A stretch of DNA of 55,568 nt from Candidatus Woesearchaeota archaeon (GTDB lineage Archaea; Nanobdellota; Nanobdellia; Pacearchaeales; GW2011-AR1): NCBI GenBank assembly GCA_964409555.1, contig CAYPDP010000004.1:1-55568 (forward strand), given 5' to 3'. A model generated the notes under the pieces. That model ran no database searches. It was not told the origin of the DNA and saw nothing but the letters and a program-made list of their open reading frames with translations. This document shows positions 1-8,766 of this stretch, one piece after another (the stretch's first letter is position 1; each line of letters begins with the position of its first letter). The position numbers and the translations under genes were made by a program.

Positions 1-100
1 CCATTTTTAAAAAATAAATAATCAAAATGGAAAACAAAGAAAACAGGAAATTTTCTAGCTTCCCATTTTTAAAAAATAAATAATCAAAATGGAAAACAAA
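1..100 (+). repeat. 38-bp perfect direct repeat (1-38 and 63-100) spanning the end of an upstream ORF and the start codon of the first gene
   Basis: ccatttttaaaaaataaataatcaaaatggaaaacaaa occurs twice with a 62-bp period. Confidence 0.9.
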
Positions 101-586
101 AAACTTGGAACATTATTCATCGTATTCAGTATTATATTTTTAATATTTTTATTTTATTTTAGTATGGAAATGAATAAAAAATCTGCTCAGTTAGGATGTA
201 ATTCTAATCAAGGATGTATGACTATTAAAAATTTCATGACTTTTACAAATATTGGTTTTGGATTTTTTGGATTTTTATTTGGTTTAGGATTTTATATTTT
301 ATTTTTTAATAAAACAGAAAGTGCCATATTAAATAGATTAGAAGAAGAGAAAGATAGAAAAATTGGAGAAGACAAATTTAGTATTATTCTTAATGCTTTA
401 GATTCTTATGAGAAGAAAGTAATGAAAGCAATTAAAGAACAAGATGGAATAACACAAAGTACTCTTAGACTTAGAACTGATATGTCAAAAGCAAAATTAA
501 GTTATGTTCTGCAAGAATTAGAAAAAAGAAATTTAATTAAGAGAACAAAAAAAGGAAAGACTCTTGAAATTTGGTTGAAAGTTTAA
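89..586 (+). CDS. Membrane-anchored winged-helix transcription regulator
   Basis: Two TM segments, then an HTH-like C-terminus (DGITQSTLRLRTDMSKAKLSYVLQELEKRNLIKR). Confidence 0.75.
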   Translation: MENKKLGTLFIVFSIIFLIFLFYFSMEMNKKSAQLGCNSNQGCMTIKNFMTFTNIGFGFFGFLFGLGFYILFFNKTESAILNRLEEEKDRKIGEDKFSIILNALDSYEKKVMKAIKEQDGITQSTLRLRTDMSKAKLSYVLQELEKRNLIKRTKKGKTLEIWLKV

Positions 587-671
587 ATTTTCCTTATAAA
601 TAATAATTTTTATTATTTTATTAGAATTCTATTTTAATTAAATTTATAAGTAAGTCTCTTTTATTCTTTAA

Positions 672-1997
672 ATGAATAAAAAAGGGTTATCAAAATTAAT
701 TATAATTTTAATTGTTTTAATATTAATAGTATCTTTTTTAATTTTTATAACTTTGATTAAGGTTAAATTTCAAAAAGAAAAACAGGTAATTATTGAACAA
801 TCAAAAATTAATTCTGAAATTATAAATATTACTAATTTTTCTTTTTTTTATGTTAAAGGAAATAAAATAATAGATTTAAAAGGGAATGAGATAAAATTAA
901 GAGGATTTAATTATGATTCTTTTTATGTGATTAATAAAAAAATATATTTTGCAAAAAAGGATTTTAAAAAAGTTGATGAGAACAATATAGAAATTGCCAA
1001 ATATTTTTTTAATGAAGATGATATAAAAAACTTTAAGAATATTGGGGCGAATGTTGTTAGACTTGAAATTAGATTATGGGAAATTGAAAAAAAACCTTAT
1101 GTTTATAGTGAAGAGTCTTTAAAACAATTAGATTATACAATAAAAAAATTTGGGGAAAATGATATTTACGTTATTCTCGATTTGCATGCAGCAGGTCAAA
1201 ATACTTTAAATCATAATGATGAATATGGAAATATTTTATGGGATAATACTGATGATATTTGGAATAGAACTGTTGCTTTATGGGGAATTATTTCTGAAAG
1301 ATATAAAAATAATAATTATATAGTTGGATATGATTTAATTAATGAACCAGAGGCACCAAATAAAAGAATTCTTCATACGTTTTATCAAGATGTTATTAAT
1401 AAAATTAGAGAAAAAGATAAAAAACATATTTTATTTATTGAATTAAATTTATATAAAAAAGAAAAAATTCTTATTGGAGGAAAATATGATGATAATAATT
1501 TGGCAGTAAGTATGCATTTTTATAAACCTAATGAATTTACTACGCAGGGAATGAAAAAATCTTCTGGAAAAAAATATCCGAATACCTATAAGGGAGTTTA
1601 TTGGGATAAAAATGAAATTAATAAATATTTTGATAAATTTCTTAATTTTGAAGAGTTAAAAGGAAAACCGATGTTTATTGGAGAATTTGGAGCAAATGTT
1701 GGTGATGGTGGAAAAGATTCACTTAATTGGATCGATGATGTTACAACTATTTTAAATAAAAAAGGATTGCATTATACTTTTTTTAGTTATAAACTTTCTT
1801 TTACTCCTTCATTAGGATATTACTATGCTGATAAACAATTAGAATTTAAAATAACTGAATTGGTAAATAATTTATTAAGAGGTTTAGATTTTAAAGATGT
1901 AACTGAGAATAAAAAAAGATATTTTCTTACAAATAATTATAATCATTCTCAAGAATTAAATCAAATATTAGAGAGAAAGTTTAAATTTTCCTCATAA
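672..1997 (+). CDS. Membrane-anchored glycoside hydrolase family 5
   Basis: N-terminal TM; GANVVRL, ILDLH, YDLINEP (acid/base Glu), IGEFG (nucleophile Glu). Confidence 0.85.
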   Translation: MNKKGLSKLIIILIVLILIVSFLIFITLIKVKFQKEKQVIIEQSKINSEIINITNFSFFYVKGNKIIDLKGNEIKLRGFNYDSFYVINKKIYFAKKDFKKVDENNIEIAKYFFNEDDIKNFKNIGANVVRLEIRLWEIEKKPYVYSEESLKQLDYTIKKFGENDIYVILDLHAAGQNTLNHNDEYGNILWDNTDDIWNRTVALWGIISERYKNNNYIVGYDLINEPEAPNKRILHTFYQDVINKIREKDKKHILFIELNLYKKEKILIGGKYDDNNLAVSMHFYKPNEFTTQGMKKSSGKKYPNTYKGVYWDKNEINKYFDKFLNFEELKGKPMFIGEFGANVGDGGKDSLNWIDDVTTILNKKGLHYTFFSYKLSFTPSLGYYYADKQLEFKITELVNNLLRGLDFKDVTENKKRYFLTNNYNHSQELNQILERKFKFSS

Positions 1998-2007
1998 AAT
2001 ACCTTTT

Positions 2008-2063
2008 TGAACGTTTAAAAGCCAAAATTTGATGTTTTAAAGGCTTTTTTTATCTATCGTTCA
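2008..2063. other. Nested imperfect inverted repeat (possible terminator or palindromic element)
   Basis: tgaacg/cgttca outer arms and aaaagcc/ggctttt inner arms in the intergenic gap. Confidence 0.45.
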
Positions 2064-2108
2064 CACCCTAAAGTATAAGTAGTTTATTATTTTGATGTTT
2101 TTAGAAAA

Positions 2109-2831
2109 ATGACAGAAAAAGAATTTACAATAAAATTAAAGAAATCAGATATTTGGAAAATTGGAACAGTAATTTTTGGAGTATTATTTATTATAAGTTT
2201 ATTTTTAATATTTAATAATTCTAGAAATATTGTTAATAATAAAATTATTGCTCCTAATAATCCTATTAATAATAATCCTCAAGTAAATAAAATTCAATTA
2301 AAGGTTAGAGCCGAAGATCCTATCTTAGGAAATAAAGATGCACCAATTAGTATAGTAGAATTTTCTGATTTTCAGTGTCCTTTCTGTGGAAGAGTATTTC
2401 AAGGTGCTATAACTGATTTCAAAAATAGTGATTATTTTAAAACAGGAGAAGTAAATCTTATTTACAAAAATTTTCCTTTAAATAGTATTCACCAGTATGC
2501 TGAAAAAGCTGCAGAAGCAGGAGAGTGTGCTAATAAACAAGGAAAATTCTGGGAATATCATAATAAATTATTTGAAAATCAAAATGCTTTAGATATTAAT
2601 AATTTGAAATCTTATGCATCTCAAATAAATCTTGATACAGATAAATTCAATAATTGTCTTGATAATAATGAAGCTCTAGATGATATTAAAAATGATGTTT
2701 CAGATGCTCTTTCAGCAGGAGCAAGAGGAACACCTTATTTTGTAATATTAAATAAAAAAACTGGAAAAACTCAAGTAGTTTCAGGAGCAGTTCCTTGGAC
2801 AAATTTTGAATCAGCAATTCAATCATTATAA
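2109..2831 (+). CDS. dsbA: DsbA-family thiol-disulfide oxidoreductase, membrane-anchored
   Basis: IVEFSDFQCPFC, cis-Pro motif GTPYF, N-terminal TM. Confidence 0.9.
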   Translation: MTEKEFTIKLKKSDIWKIGTVIFGVLFIISLFLIFNNSRNIVNNKIIAPNNPINNNPQVNKIQLKVRAEDPILGNKDAPISIVEFSDFQCPFCGRVFQGAITDFKNSDYFKTGEVNLIYKNFPLNSIHQYAEKAAEAGECANKQGKFWEYHNKLFENQNALDINNLKSYASQINLDTDKFNNCLDNNEALDDIKNDVSDALSAGARGTPYFVILNKKTGKTQVVSGAVPWTNFESAIQSL

Positions 2832-2880
2832 ATATTATAAAAAGTTAAATTTAAATACAAAAGATAAGTTAAAAAAATAA

Positions 2881-3558
2881 ATGAAAAATAAAAAAGAAAG
2901 TTTAGAAATTAATAATAAAATTATAGTTCTACTAGGAATATTTGTTTTACTTATAATTTTTAATCAGTGGCAAATTTCAGGAATAAATAATTCTTTTACA
3001 TCTGGTGTTGAGAAATTATCTCCTAATCAAATTTATGATATTAAATCAACGTCTCAATCTGTTGCAACACTTTTTCCAGTAGATCAAATAAAAAATGACC
3101 AAGATGCTATTAATATGATGATTTCTCAAGGAACTCCAGATTATGGAAAATCCATGGGAATTAGTTTTGATGACCCTGTTGGGGCGTTAGATCTTCTTTC
3201 TAAAAATTATAATACAATTAAAAATGATGTAAAGAAAAATAATCCTGAAGTCTGGAAACGTTATTTAAATTTAGCTACTAAACCTGTTGGAATAAGTTGT
3301 GAATTTTGTTGTGGTGTTGGTCCTATAGGAATAACAAAGAAAGGTGATTTAACTTGTGGATGTTCACATAATCCAGCAATGCAATCAATAACATTATTAT
3401 TGATGAAAGATACAAATATGAATGATGCTGAAGTATTAAAGGAGGCATTAAAATGGAAATCATTATGGTTTCCTAAAGATATGGTTAATCTTGCATTAAA
3501 AGCTTCTGGGGGAGAAATTGACGCAGGGAAACTTCCAGGAATGGTGGGAGGATGTTAA
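2881..3558 (+). CDS. Membrane-anchored Cys-rich protein ending LPGMVGGC
   Basis: N-terminal TM; CEFCCG and CGCSH motifs; terminal MVGGC. Confidence 0.85.
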   Translation: MKNKKESLEINNKIIVLLGIFVLLIIFNQWQISGINNSFTSGVEKLSPNQIYDIKSTSQSVATLFPVDQIKNDQDAINMMISQGTPDYGKSMGISFDDPVGALDLLSKNYNTIKNDVKKNNPEVWKRYLNLATKPVGISCEFCCGVGPIGITKKGDLTCGCSHNPAMQSITLLLMKDTNMNDAEVLKEALKWKSLWFPKDMVNLALKASGGEIDAGKLPGMVGGC

Positions 3559-3559
3559 A

Positions 3560-3796
3560 ATGACAAGTGTAAAAGTTTATTCAACGCCAACATGTCCTTG
3601 GTGTATAAAAGTAAAAGAATTTTTAATAGAGAATAAAATAAAATTTGAAGATTTAGATGTTTCAAAAAATGAGGATATTGCAAAAGAATCTGTTGAAAAA
3701 TCAGGTCAAATGGGAGTTCCAGTTATTGATGTTAATGGAAAAATTACTGTTGGATTTGATGAAGATAAATTAAAAAAGGATCTTAATATTAAATAA
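3560..3796 (+). CDS. Glutaredoxin/NrdH-like redoxin
   Basis: VYSTPTCPWC, GVPVI; start moved to ATG 3560 just after the upstream stop. Confidence 0.9.
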   Translation: MTSVKVYSTPTCPWCIKVKEFLIENKIKFEDLDVSKNEDIAKESVEKSGQMGVPVIDVNGKITVGFDEDKLKKDLNIK

Positions 3797-3813
3797 AAGG
3801 AGGTAAAATAAAG

Positions 3814-4050
3814 ATGAATATAAACAAAAATACTTTGGTTGTTGGAATTTTAGCTTTATTAATCTTAGTTGCATTTGCACAAACATTTCAATTAGTTGGA
3901 ATGAAAAATAAGATTAGTGAATTAGGGGCTGGAAAAAATATCCAAACAGGAAGTTTAAGCAAATCAACTAGTTCAGCAAGTAGTTCTAGTTCAGGTGGAG
4001 GAGTTCCAACAAATTTGCAGAATCTTCCAGGAATGGTAGGTGGTTGTTAA
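3814..4050 (+). CDS. Small membrane-anchored protein with Ser/Gly linker ending LPGMVGGC
   Basis: GGAGG SD upstream; TM, low-complexity linker, terminal MVGGC. Confidence 0.85.
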   Translation: MNINKNTLVVGILALLILVAFAQTFQLVGMKNKISELGAGKNIQTGSLSKSTSSASSSSSGGGVPTNLQNLPGMVGGC

Positions 4051-4097
4051 TTTTTTAATTTTATTTTAACCACTTATTAAATTTTAAAAATATAAAA

Positions 4098-5243
4098 ATG
4101 AAAAAAAATTTAGAAAAAACAAAAAAAAAATTAGAAGAAGGATTTAAAAAATTAGATAAAAAAATACAAAAGAATTCTTCAAAGATAATGATAATTTTAA
4201 TTGCGATTTTATTAGGAATTTTTATATTAAATTCTATTTTTTCATTTAGTTCAAGTTCTGAATTAAATAATAAAATTACAAAAATTGTAGAATCAAATAA
4301 ACCTGTAGAAATTAAAATAACTTCTATAACTTGTGAGGGATGTTCAGATATTAATTCAGTAGTTGATTTGGTTAAAAAACAAAATGTAAAAATATTAAAA
4401 GAATCTTCAATAGATTCAAATTCAGATACTGCTAAAGAATTAATTAGTAAATATAATATTAAAAAACTTCCAACTATTTTAATTTATGGAAATTCTGAAG
4501 AATTGAATTCTGATAAAGTAAATTTTGATAATTTTTATTCAGTAAATGATGCTTTTGTATTGGAAGAAACTAAAGCTCCTTATTTAGATGTTTTAAATAA
4601 TGAAATTAAAGGAAAAGTTAAATTAATTGAAGTTATAGATTCTTCTTGTAAAGATTGTCTTTCTTTATCTTCAGTTGGAACAAGTTTTGGAAAAGCAGGA
4701 GTTTCAATAGATGATTGGAAAAAAGTAGAATATAATTCAGAAGAAGGTAAAAATATAATAAATAAATATGGGATTAAAGAAATTCCTTCAATGTTAATAT
4801 CTAAAGATATAGATTATTATTCTGATGTTAAAGTTAGTTTAGATAAACTTGGTTTAGAAGAAAAACAAGGATTTTATAAATTACATTCAACTATTCCACC
4901 TTATAGAGATTTAGTAAAGAACAAAATTGTAGGACTTGTTGATTTGATAATGTTGACAGATAAATCTTGTACTGATTGTTATGATGTTGAATTAAATAAG
5001 AAAATATTATCTAGACTTGGAATTGTAACCAGTAGTGAAAATATTTATGATGTTAGTTCTGAAAAAGGAAAAGAATTGATTTCAAAATATGATGTTAAAA
5101 AAGTTCCAATAATTATTTTATCTCCTGAAGCAAAAGAATATGTAAATTTTGTTAATGCTTGGAAACAAGTTGGAAATATTTCAAAAGATGGATGGTTTAT
5201 AATGAGGTCTCCAGAAGGACTTGGAAAAATTAAGAATATATAA
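4098..5243 (+). CDS. Exported protein with three thioredoxin-like CxxC repeats
   Basis: CEGC, CKDC, CTDC, each followed by a K-x-[LI]-I-x-KY-x-[IV]-K-x-[LIV]-P segment. Confidence 0.7.
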   Translation: MKKNLEKTKKKLEEGFKKLDKKIQKNSSKIMIILIAILLGIFILNSIFSFSSSSELNNKITKIVESNKPVEIKITSITCEGCSDINSVVDLVKKQNVKILKESSIDSNSDTAKELISKYNIKKLPTILIYGNSEELNSDKVNFDNFYSVNDAFVLEETKAPYLDVLNNEIKGKVKLIEVIDSSCKDCLSLSSVGTSFGKAGVSIDDWKKVEYNSEEGKNIINKYGIKEIPSMLISKDIDYYSDVKVSLDKLGLEEKQGFYKLHSTIPPYRDLVKNKIVGLVDLIMLTDKSCTDCYDVELNKKILSRLGIVTSSENIYDVSSEKGKELISKYDVKKVPIIILSPEAKEYVNFVNAWKQVGNISKDGWFIMRSPEGLGKIKNI

Positions 5244-5264
5244 ATGATAAATCAATAAAAAATA

Positions 5265-5783
5265 ATGGAAATCAATAAAAAAATACTGGTAATCGGAATT
5301 GTTATTTTAATTGGAATATTTTCATTATTTACATTTAATAACTTTCAAAAGAAGATTTCTGGAAGTGTTATAACTGGAGGGGTTGTTAATATTGATAACT
5401 TAAATCCTACAATGAATCAAGCTATTGTTTATAAATCTCAAAGTTGTGGATGTTGTTCAGGATATATAAGTGAATTAGAAAAAAATGGTTTTAATGTAGA
5501 AATTGAAGCAGTAAGTTCGGATAAATTAAATTCAATAAAAGAAAGTCATAATATTCCAAAGGATATGCAAAGCTGTCATACTGTTATTATTGGAAATTAT
5601 TTTATAGAAGGCCATGTTCCTCTTGAAGCTGTAAATAAATTACTAACTGAAAAGCCTGATGTTGATGGAATTACTCTTCCTGGAATGGATTCAGGAACTC
5701 CAGGAATGCCTGGACAAAAAACAGGAGAATGGATTATTTATTCTTTGAAAGATGGAAAATCAACAGAATTTATGAGAATTTAA
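5265..5783 (+). CDS. DUF411/CopG-like metal-binding protein
   Basis: YKSQSCGCC, SCHT, IEGHVP, LPGMDSGTPGM. Confidence 0.8.
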   Translation: MEINKKILVIGIVILIGIFSLFTFNNFQKKISGSVITGGVVNIDNLNPTMNQAIVYKSQSCGCCSGYISELEKNGFNVEIEAVSSDKLNSIKESHNIPKDMQSCHTVIIGNYFIEGHVPLEAVNKLLTEKPDVDGITLPGMDSGTPGMPGQKTGEWIIYSLKDGKSTEFMRI

Positions 5784-5784
5784 A

Positions 5785-6210
5785 ATGAATAAAAATTTAA
5801 GAATTTATTCAGCAATTGTATTTGTTATGATAGGAATTATTTTATTTTCATTTTCTTTTTATTTACATAATTTTAAAGATAATGCTGAAAATAAAATTGA
5901 AAAAATAATTTCATTAAAAGATAATGTTAAACAAGATTTAATTAATAATGGAAAATATAAATGTTGTTTAGAAAAACCTTGTGATTATTGTTTAATAAAT
6001 CATAAAGAATGTGATTGTTTGGAAGAGATTGTTACAGGGAAACATCCTTGTGGTGAATGTATTGGTGAAATATTAGAAGGTCATGGAAATAGGTTCTTAA
6101 CAAAATATTTTTCAAAAGCACTTTCTGAAAAAATTGGTGAAAATCATCATGAACATTTAAAAGAGATTATTTCAGAAAAATATTCTGTAAGTATTGAGAG
6201 TCAATTATAA
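5785..6210 (+). CDS. Membrane-anchored Cys-rich hypothetical protein
   Basis: TM followed by CC-x4-CxxC-x6-CxC-x10-CxxC. Confidence 0.7.
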   Translation: MNKNLRIYSAIVFVMIGIILFSFSFYLHNFKDNAENKIEKIISLKDNVKQDLINNGKYKCCLEKPCDYCLINHKECDCLEEIVTGKHPCGECIGEILEGHGNRFLTKYFSKALSEKIGENHHEHLKEIISEKYSVSIESQL

Positions 6211-6211
6211 G

Positions 6212-6820
6212 ATGAAAGGATTAGTTTATAATTTAAGTGGAAGACTTTATGATTTTTTAGACGAACCTTTTGAGAAAAAAAGATACACAAAAATAAGAAA
6301 AAAAATGTTATCTAATATTAAAGGAACTGTTTTAGAAGTAGGGTGTGGAACTGGAAGAAACTTCACTCATTATTCTGCAAATGTTACTGTCACAGCTATT
6401 GATAAATCTAAAAATATGTTAGAAATTGCTAAAAAAAGAATGGAATTTAGCAAAGCGAAAATACATTTAAGAAAAGAAAATATTACTAAGATAAATTCTT
6501 TAGATAATACCTATGACAATATTGTAGCTACATTTGTATTGTGTGTTTTGCCAAAAAAAATAGAAGAACAAGCATTAAATGAATTAATAAGAGTAGCCAA
6601 GCTAGAAGCAACATTTTATTTTTTAGAATATGTATATTCTAAGAACAAATTAAGAAAGTTTACTATGATAATAACTTCATTTATTCCAAAAATTCTTTAC
6701 GGAATAAGATTTAATTCAACATCATCTTTAATTCAGAAAAATAAATTTTTAGAAATAGTTAAACAAGAGTTCTTACATGATGATGTTATAAGACTTATTG
6801 TTGCAAAGAAAATAAAATGA
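6212..6820 (+). CDS. Class I SAM-dependent methyltransferase
   Basis: VLEVGCGTG, YDNIVATFVLC; ATG 6212 preferred over TTG 6194. Confidence 0.85.
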   Translation: MKGLVYNLSGRLYDFLDEPFEKKRYTKIRKKMLSNIKGTVLEVGCGTGRNFTHYSANVTVTAIDKSKNMLEIAKKRMEFSKAKIHLRKENITKINSLDNTYDNIVATFVLCVLPKKIEEQALNELIRVAKLEATFYFLEYVYSKNKLRKFTMIITSFIPKILYGIRFNSTSSLIQKNKFLEIVKQEFLHDDVIRLIVAKKIK

Positions 6821-7206
6821 ATCTTAATAAAAAAATACTTGTAATTGGAATTGTTATCTTAATTGGAATATTTTTATTTTTTACATTTTTTAAATCAAAT
6901 AACCAAGAAAAAGTTCAATTAACTGGGAATGTGAAAGAATTTACAATAAAAGCATTTCAATTTGGTTATGACCCAAGTATAATAAGAGTTAATTTAGGAG
7001 ATAAAGTCAAGATAACTGCTTTTAGTGAAGATGTCTCTCATGGATTAAATATACCTGATTTTGGGGTAAATATGTTCTTATCAGATGACTCTACACCCCA
7101 AACTGTAGAATTTATTGCAAATAAAAAAGGAACTTTCACATTTTATTGTTCTGTTTTCTGTGGAAGTGGTCATAGTAGTATGAAAGGAGAATTAATTGTA
7201 AGTTAA
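6817..7206 (+). CDS. Membrane-anchored cupredoxin with CuA-type ligand set
   Basis: DVSHG...FYCSVFCGSGHSSM. Confidence 0.85.
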   Translation: MNLNKKILVIGIVILIGIFLFFTFFKSNNQEKVQLTGNVKEFTIKAFQFGYDPSIIRVNLGDKVKITAFSEDVSHGLNIPDFGVNMFLSDDSTPQTVEFIANKKGTFTFYCSVFCGSGHSSMKGELIVS

Positions 7207-8178
7207 ATGATTAATAAAAACATTCTTAATAAAGCAGTATTAATTTGTGGTGTCCTTATATTTTTAATTATTGGATTCTCTTTTATTGTTAATGCTCTGA
7301 ATATTCCTTCAAATATTCAGAAAATTACAGATTATAACAATGGACAAGCTAATTTTTATTTTAGTAATCTTAGTTTTATTATTGCTTTTCTTGCAGGAAT
7401 ATTAGGTATATTAACTCCTTGTAGTTTAGTCATACTTCCTGCTTTTTTCGCTTATTCGTTTAAAGGGAAAAAAGATATTTCAAAAATGACTTTTTCTTTT
7501 TTTCTAGGATTTATGCCTGTTTTTGTAGTTTTTGGCTTAATTGCAACTTTCTTAGGCAAGAGTATAGCAACCTTTCAACAAAGTAATAGTTTTTTTGTTA
7601 TAATTGCAGGAATATTGACTATATTTCTTGGATTAATGGTTTTATTTGGAAAGGGTTTTTCAGGAATTACTTTAAATAAAAATAATAATAAAAGTGCTTT
7701 TGGAATATTCATATTTGGAATTTTGTTTGCTTTAGGATTTACTGTCTGTATGGGGCCTATTTTAGTAGGAATATTATTAATTGCAGGAGTTCTACAGAAT
7801 TATTTTTATGCTGGAATTTTAATGTTGTTCTATTCTCTTGGATTGTTTGTTCCTTTATTTTTAATGTCAATCTTTTTTGACAAATATAATTTTATAGGAT
7901 TTATGTCAAAAATAAATAAAAAGCTCGGTTTTTCTCTAACTAATGTTATAAGTGGAATTTTATTAATCTCATTAGGTCTTATTTTTATTATATTTAAAGG
8001 AACAACCAGAGTTACAGGCAATCTTGGTCTTGGAAGCTGGACTATTATTATTTATTCTATTCAAGAAAAAATTGTTAATGTCCAATTTATTAATGTAATT
8101 GGTTTTTTTGTTTTAATAGGATTTGTGTATTTAGTTTGGAGAGTCTTAAAAAAAGAAATAAAATTGGAAAAAAAGTAA
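7207..8178 (+). CDS. ccdA: CcdA/DsbD transmembrane disulfide-exchange protein
   Basis: LTPCSLVILP and FTVCMGP Cys pair in a polytopic membrane protein. Confidence 0.85.
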   Translation: MINKNILNKAVLICGVLIFLIIGFSFIVNALNIPSNIQKITDYNNGQANFYFSNLSFIIAFLAGILGILTPCSLVILPAFFAYSFKGKKDISKMTFSFFLGFMPVFVVFGLIATFLGKSIATFQQSNSFFVIIAGILTIFLGLMVLFGKGFSGITLNKNNNKSAFGIFIFGILFALGFTVCMGPILVGILLIAGVLQNYFYAGILMLFYSLGLFVPLFLMSIFFDKYNFIGFMSKINKKLGFSLTNVISGILLISLGLIFIIFKGTTRVTGNLGLGSWTIIIYSIQEKIVNVQFINVIGFFVLIGFVYLVWRVLKKEIKLEKK

Positions 8179-8763
8179 ATGAAAACAAAACCTAGATGTG
8201 AAGTTTGCAATAAAGATTTTAAAAATAAAGAAGGATTAGATATGCATAATTCTTCAAAACATTCTCAATCTGAGGGTAAATCTTTGAAGATAAATTATAA
8301 AAAAATTAGAAATTGGGGAATTTTTATTATAATTATTGGTTTGATTCTTTTTTTAATTGCATTTCCAATATATAAATCAATAAAAGAAAATTCTAAATTA
8401 AATTTTGATGCTCCTAAAGGGGCAATTCATTGGCACCCTCAAATTACAATAATTATCGATGGGGTAAAACAAATTATTCCTGGAGGAATAGGGTTAGGAA
8501 GTGGAGGACATCGTCCAACCCATACTCATGAAGCAGATGGAACAATTCATATGGAAAATAATAATCCCTCTAAAAAAACAGTCACTCTCGGTTATTTTTT
8601 TGATACTTGGGGTAAAAAATTTAATAATGAATGTATATTTAATTATTGTATTGATAAAGGTGAATTAAAAATGAGTGTTAATGGAAAAGAAAATTTTGAT
8701 TTTGATAATTATTTTATGCAAAATGGAGATAAAATAGTTATTGAATATACTTCCTTAAAATAG
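8179..8763 (+). CDS. C2H2 zinc-finger, TM and His-rich exported domain protein
   Basis: CEVC...HNSSKH; TM; HWH, HRPTHTHE...IHME. Confidence 0.7.
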   Translation: MKTKPRCEVCNKDFKNKEGLDMHNSSKHSQSEGKSLKINYKKIRNWGIFIIIIGLILFLIAFPIYKSIKENSKLNFDAPKGAIHWHPQITIIIDGVKQIIPGGIGLGSGGHRPTHTHEADGTIHMENNNPSKKTVTLGYFFDTWGKKFNNECIFNYCIDKGELKMSVNGKENFDFDNYFMQNGDKIVIEYTSLK

Positions 8764-8766
8764 AAA

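Noticed and set aside
3946-4002. Ser/Gly low-complexity tract as a DNA repeat
   Set aside because: Codons vary; it is a protein linker, not a tandem nucleotide repeat.
3532-4050. MVGGC as a ubiquitin/SAMP-like GG precursor
   Set aside because: The carriers are membrane-anchored with no beta-grasp domain, and no E1 or JAB protease is in the window.
6817-8178. Aerobic respiration or cytochrome c maturation
   Set aside because: No oxidase subunit I, CxxCH protein or Ccm/Ccs gene in the window.
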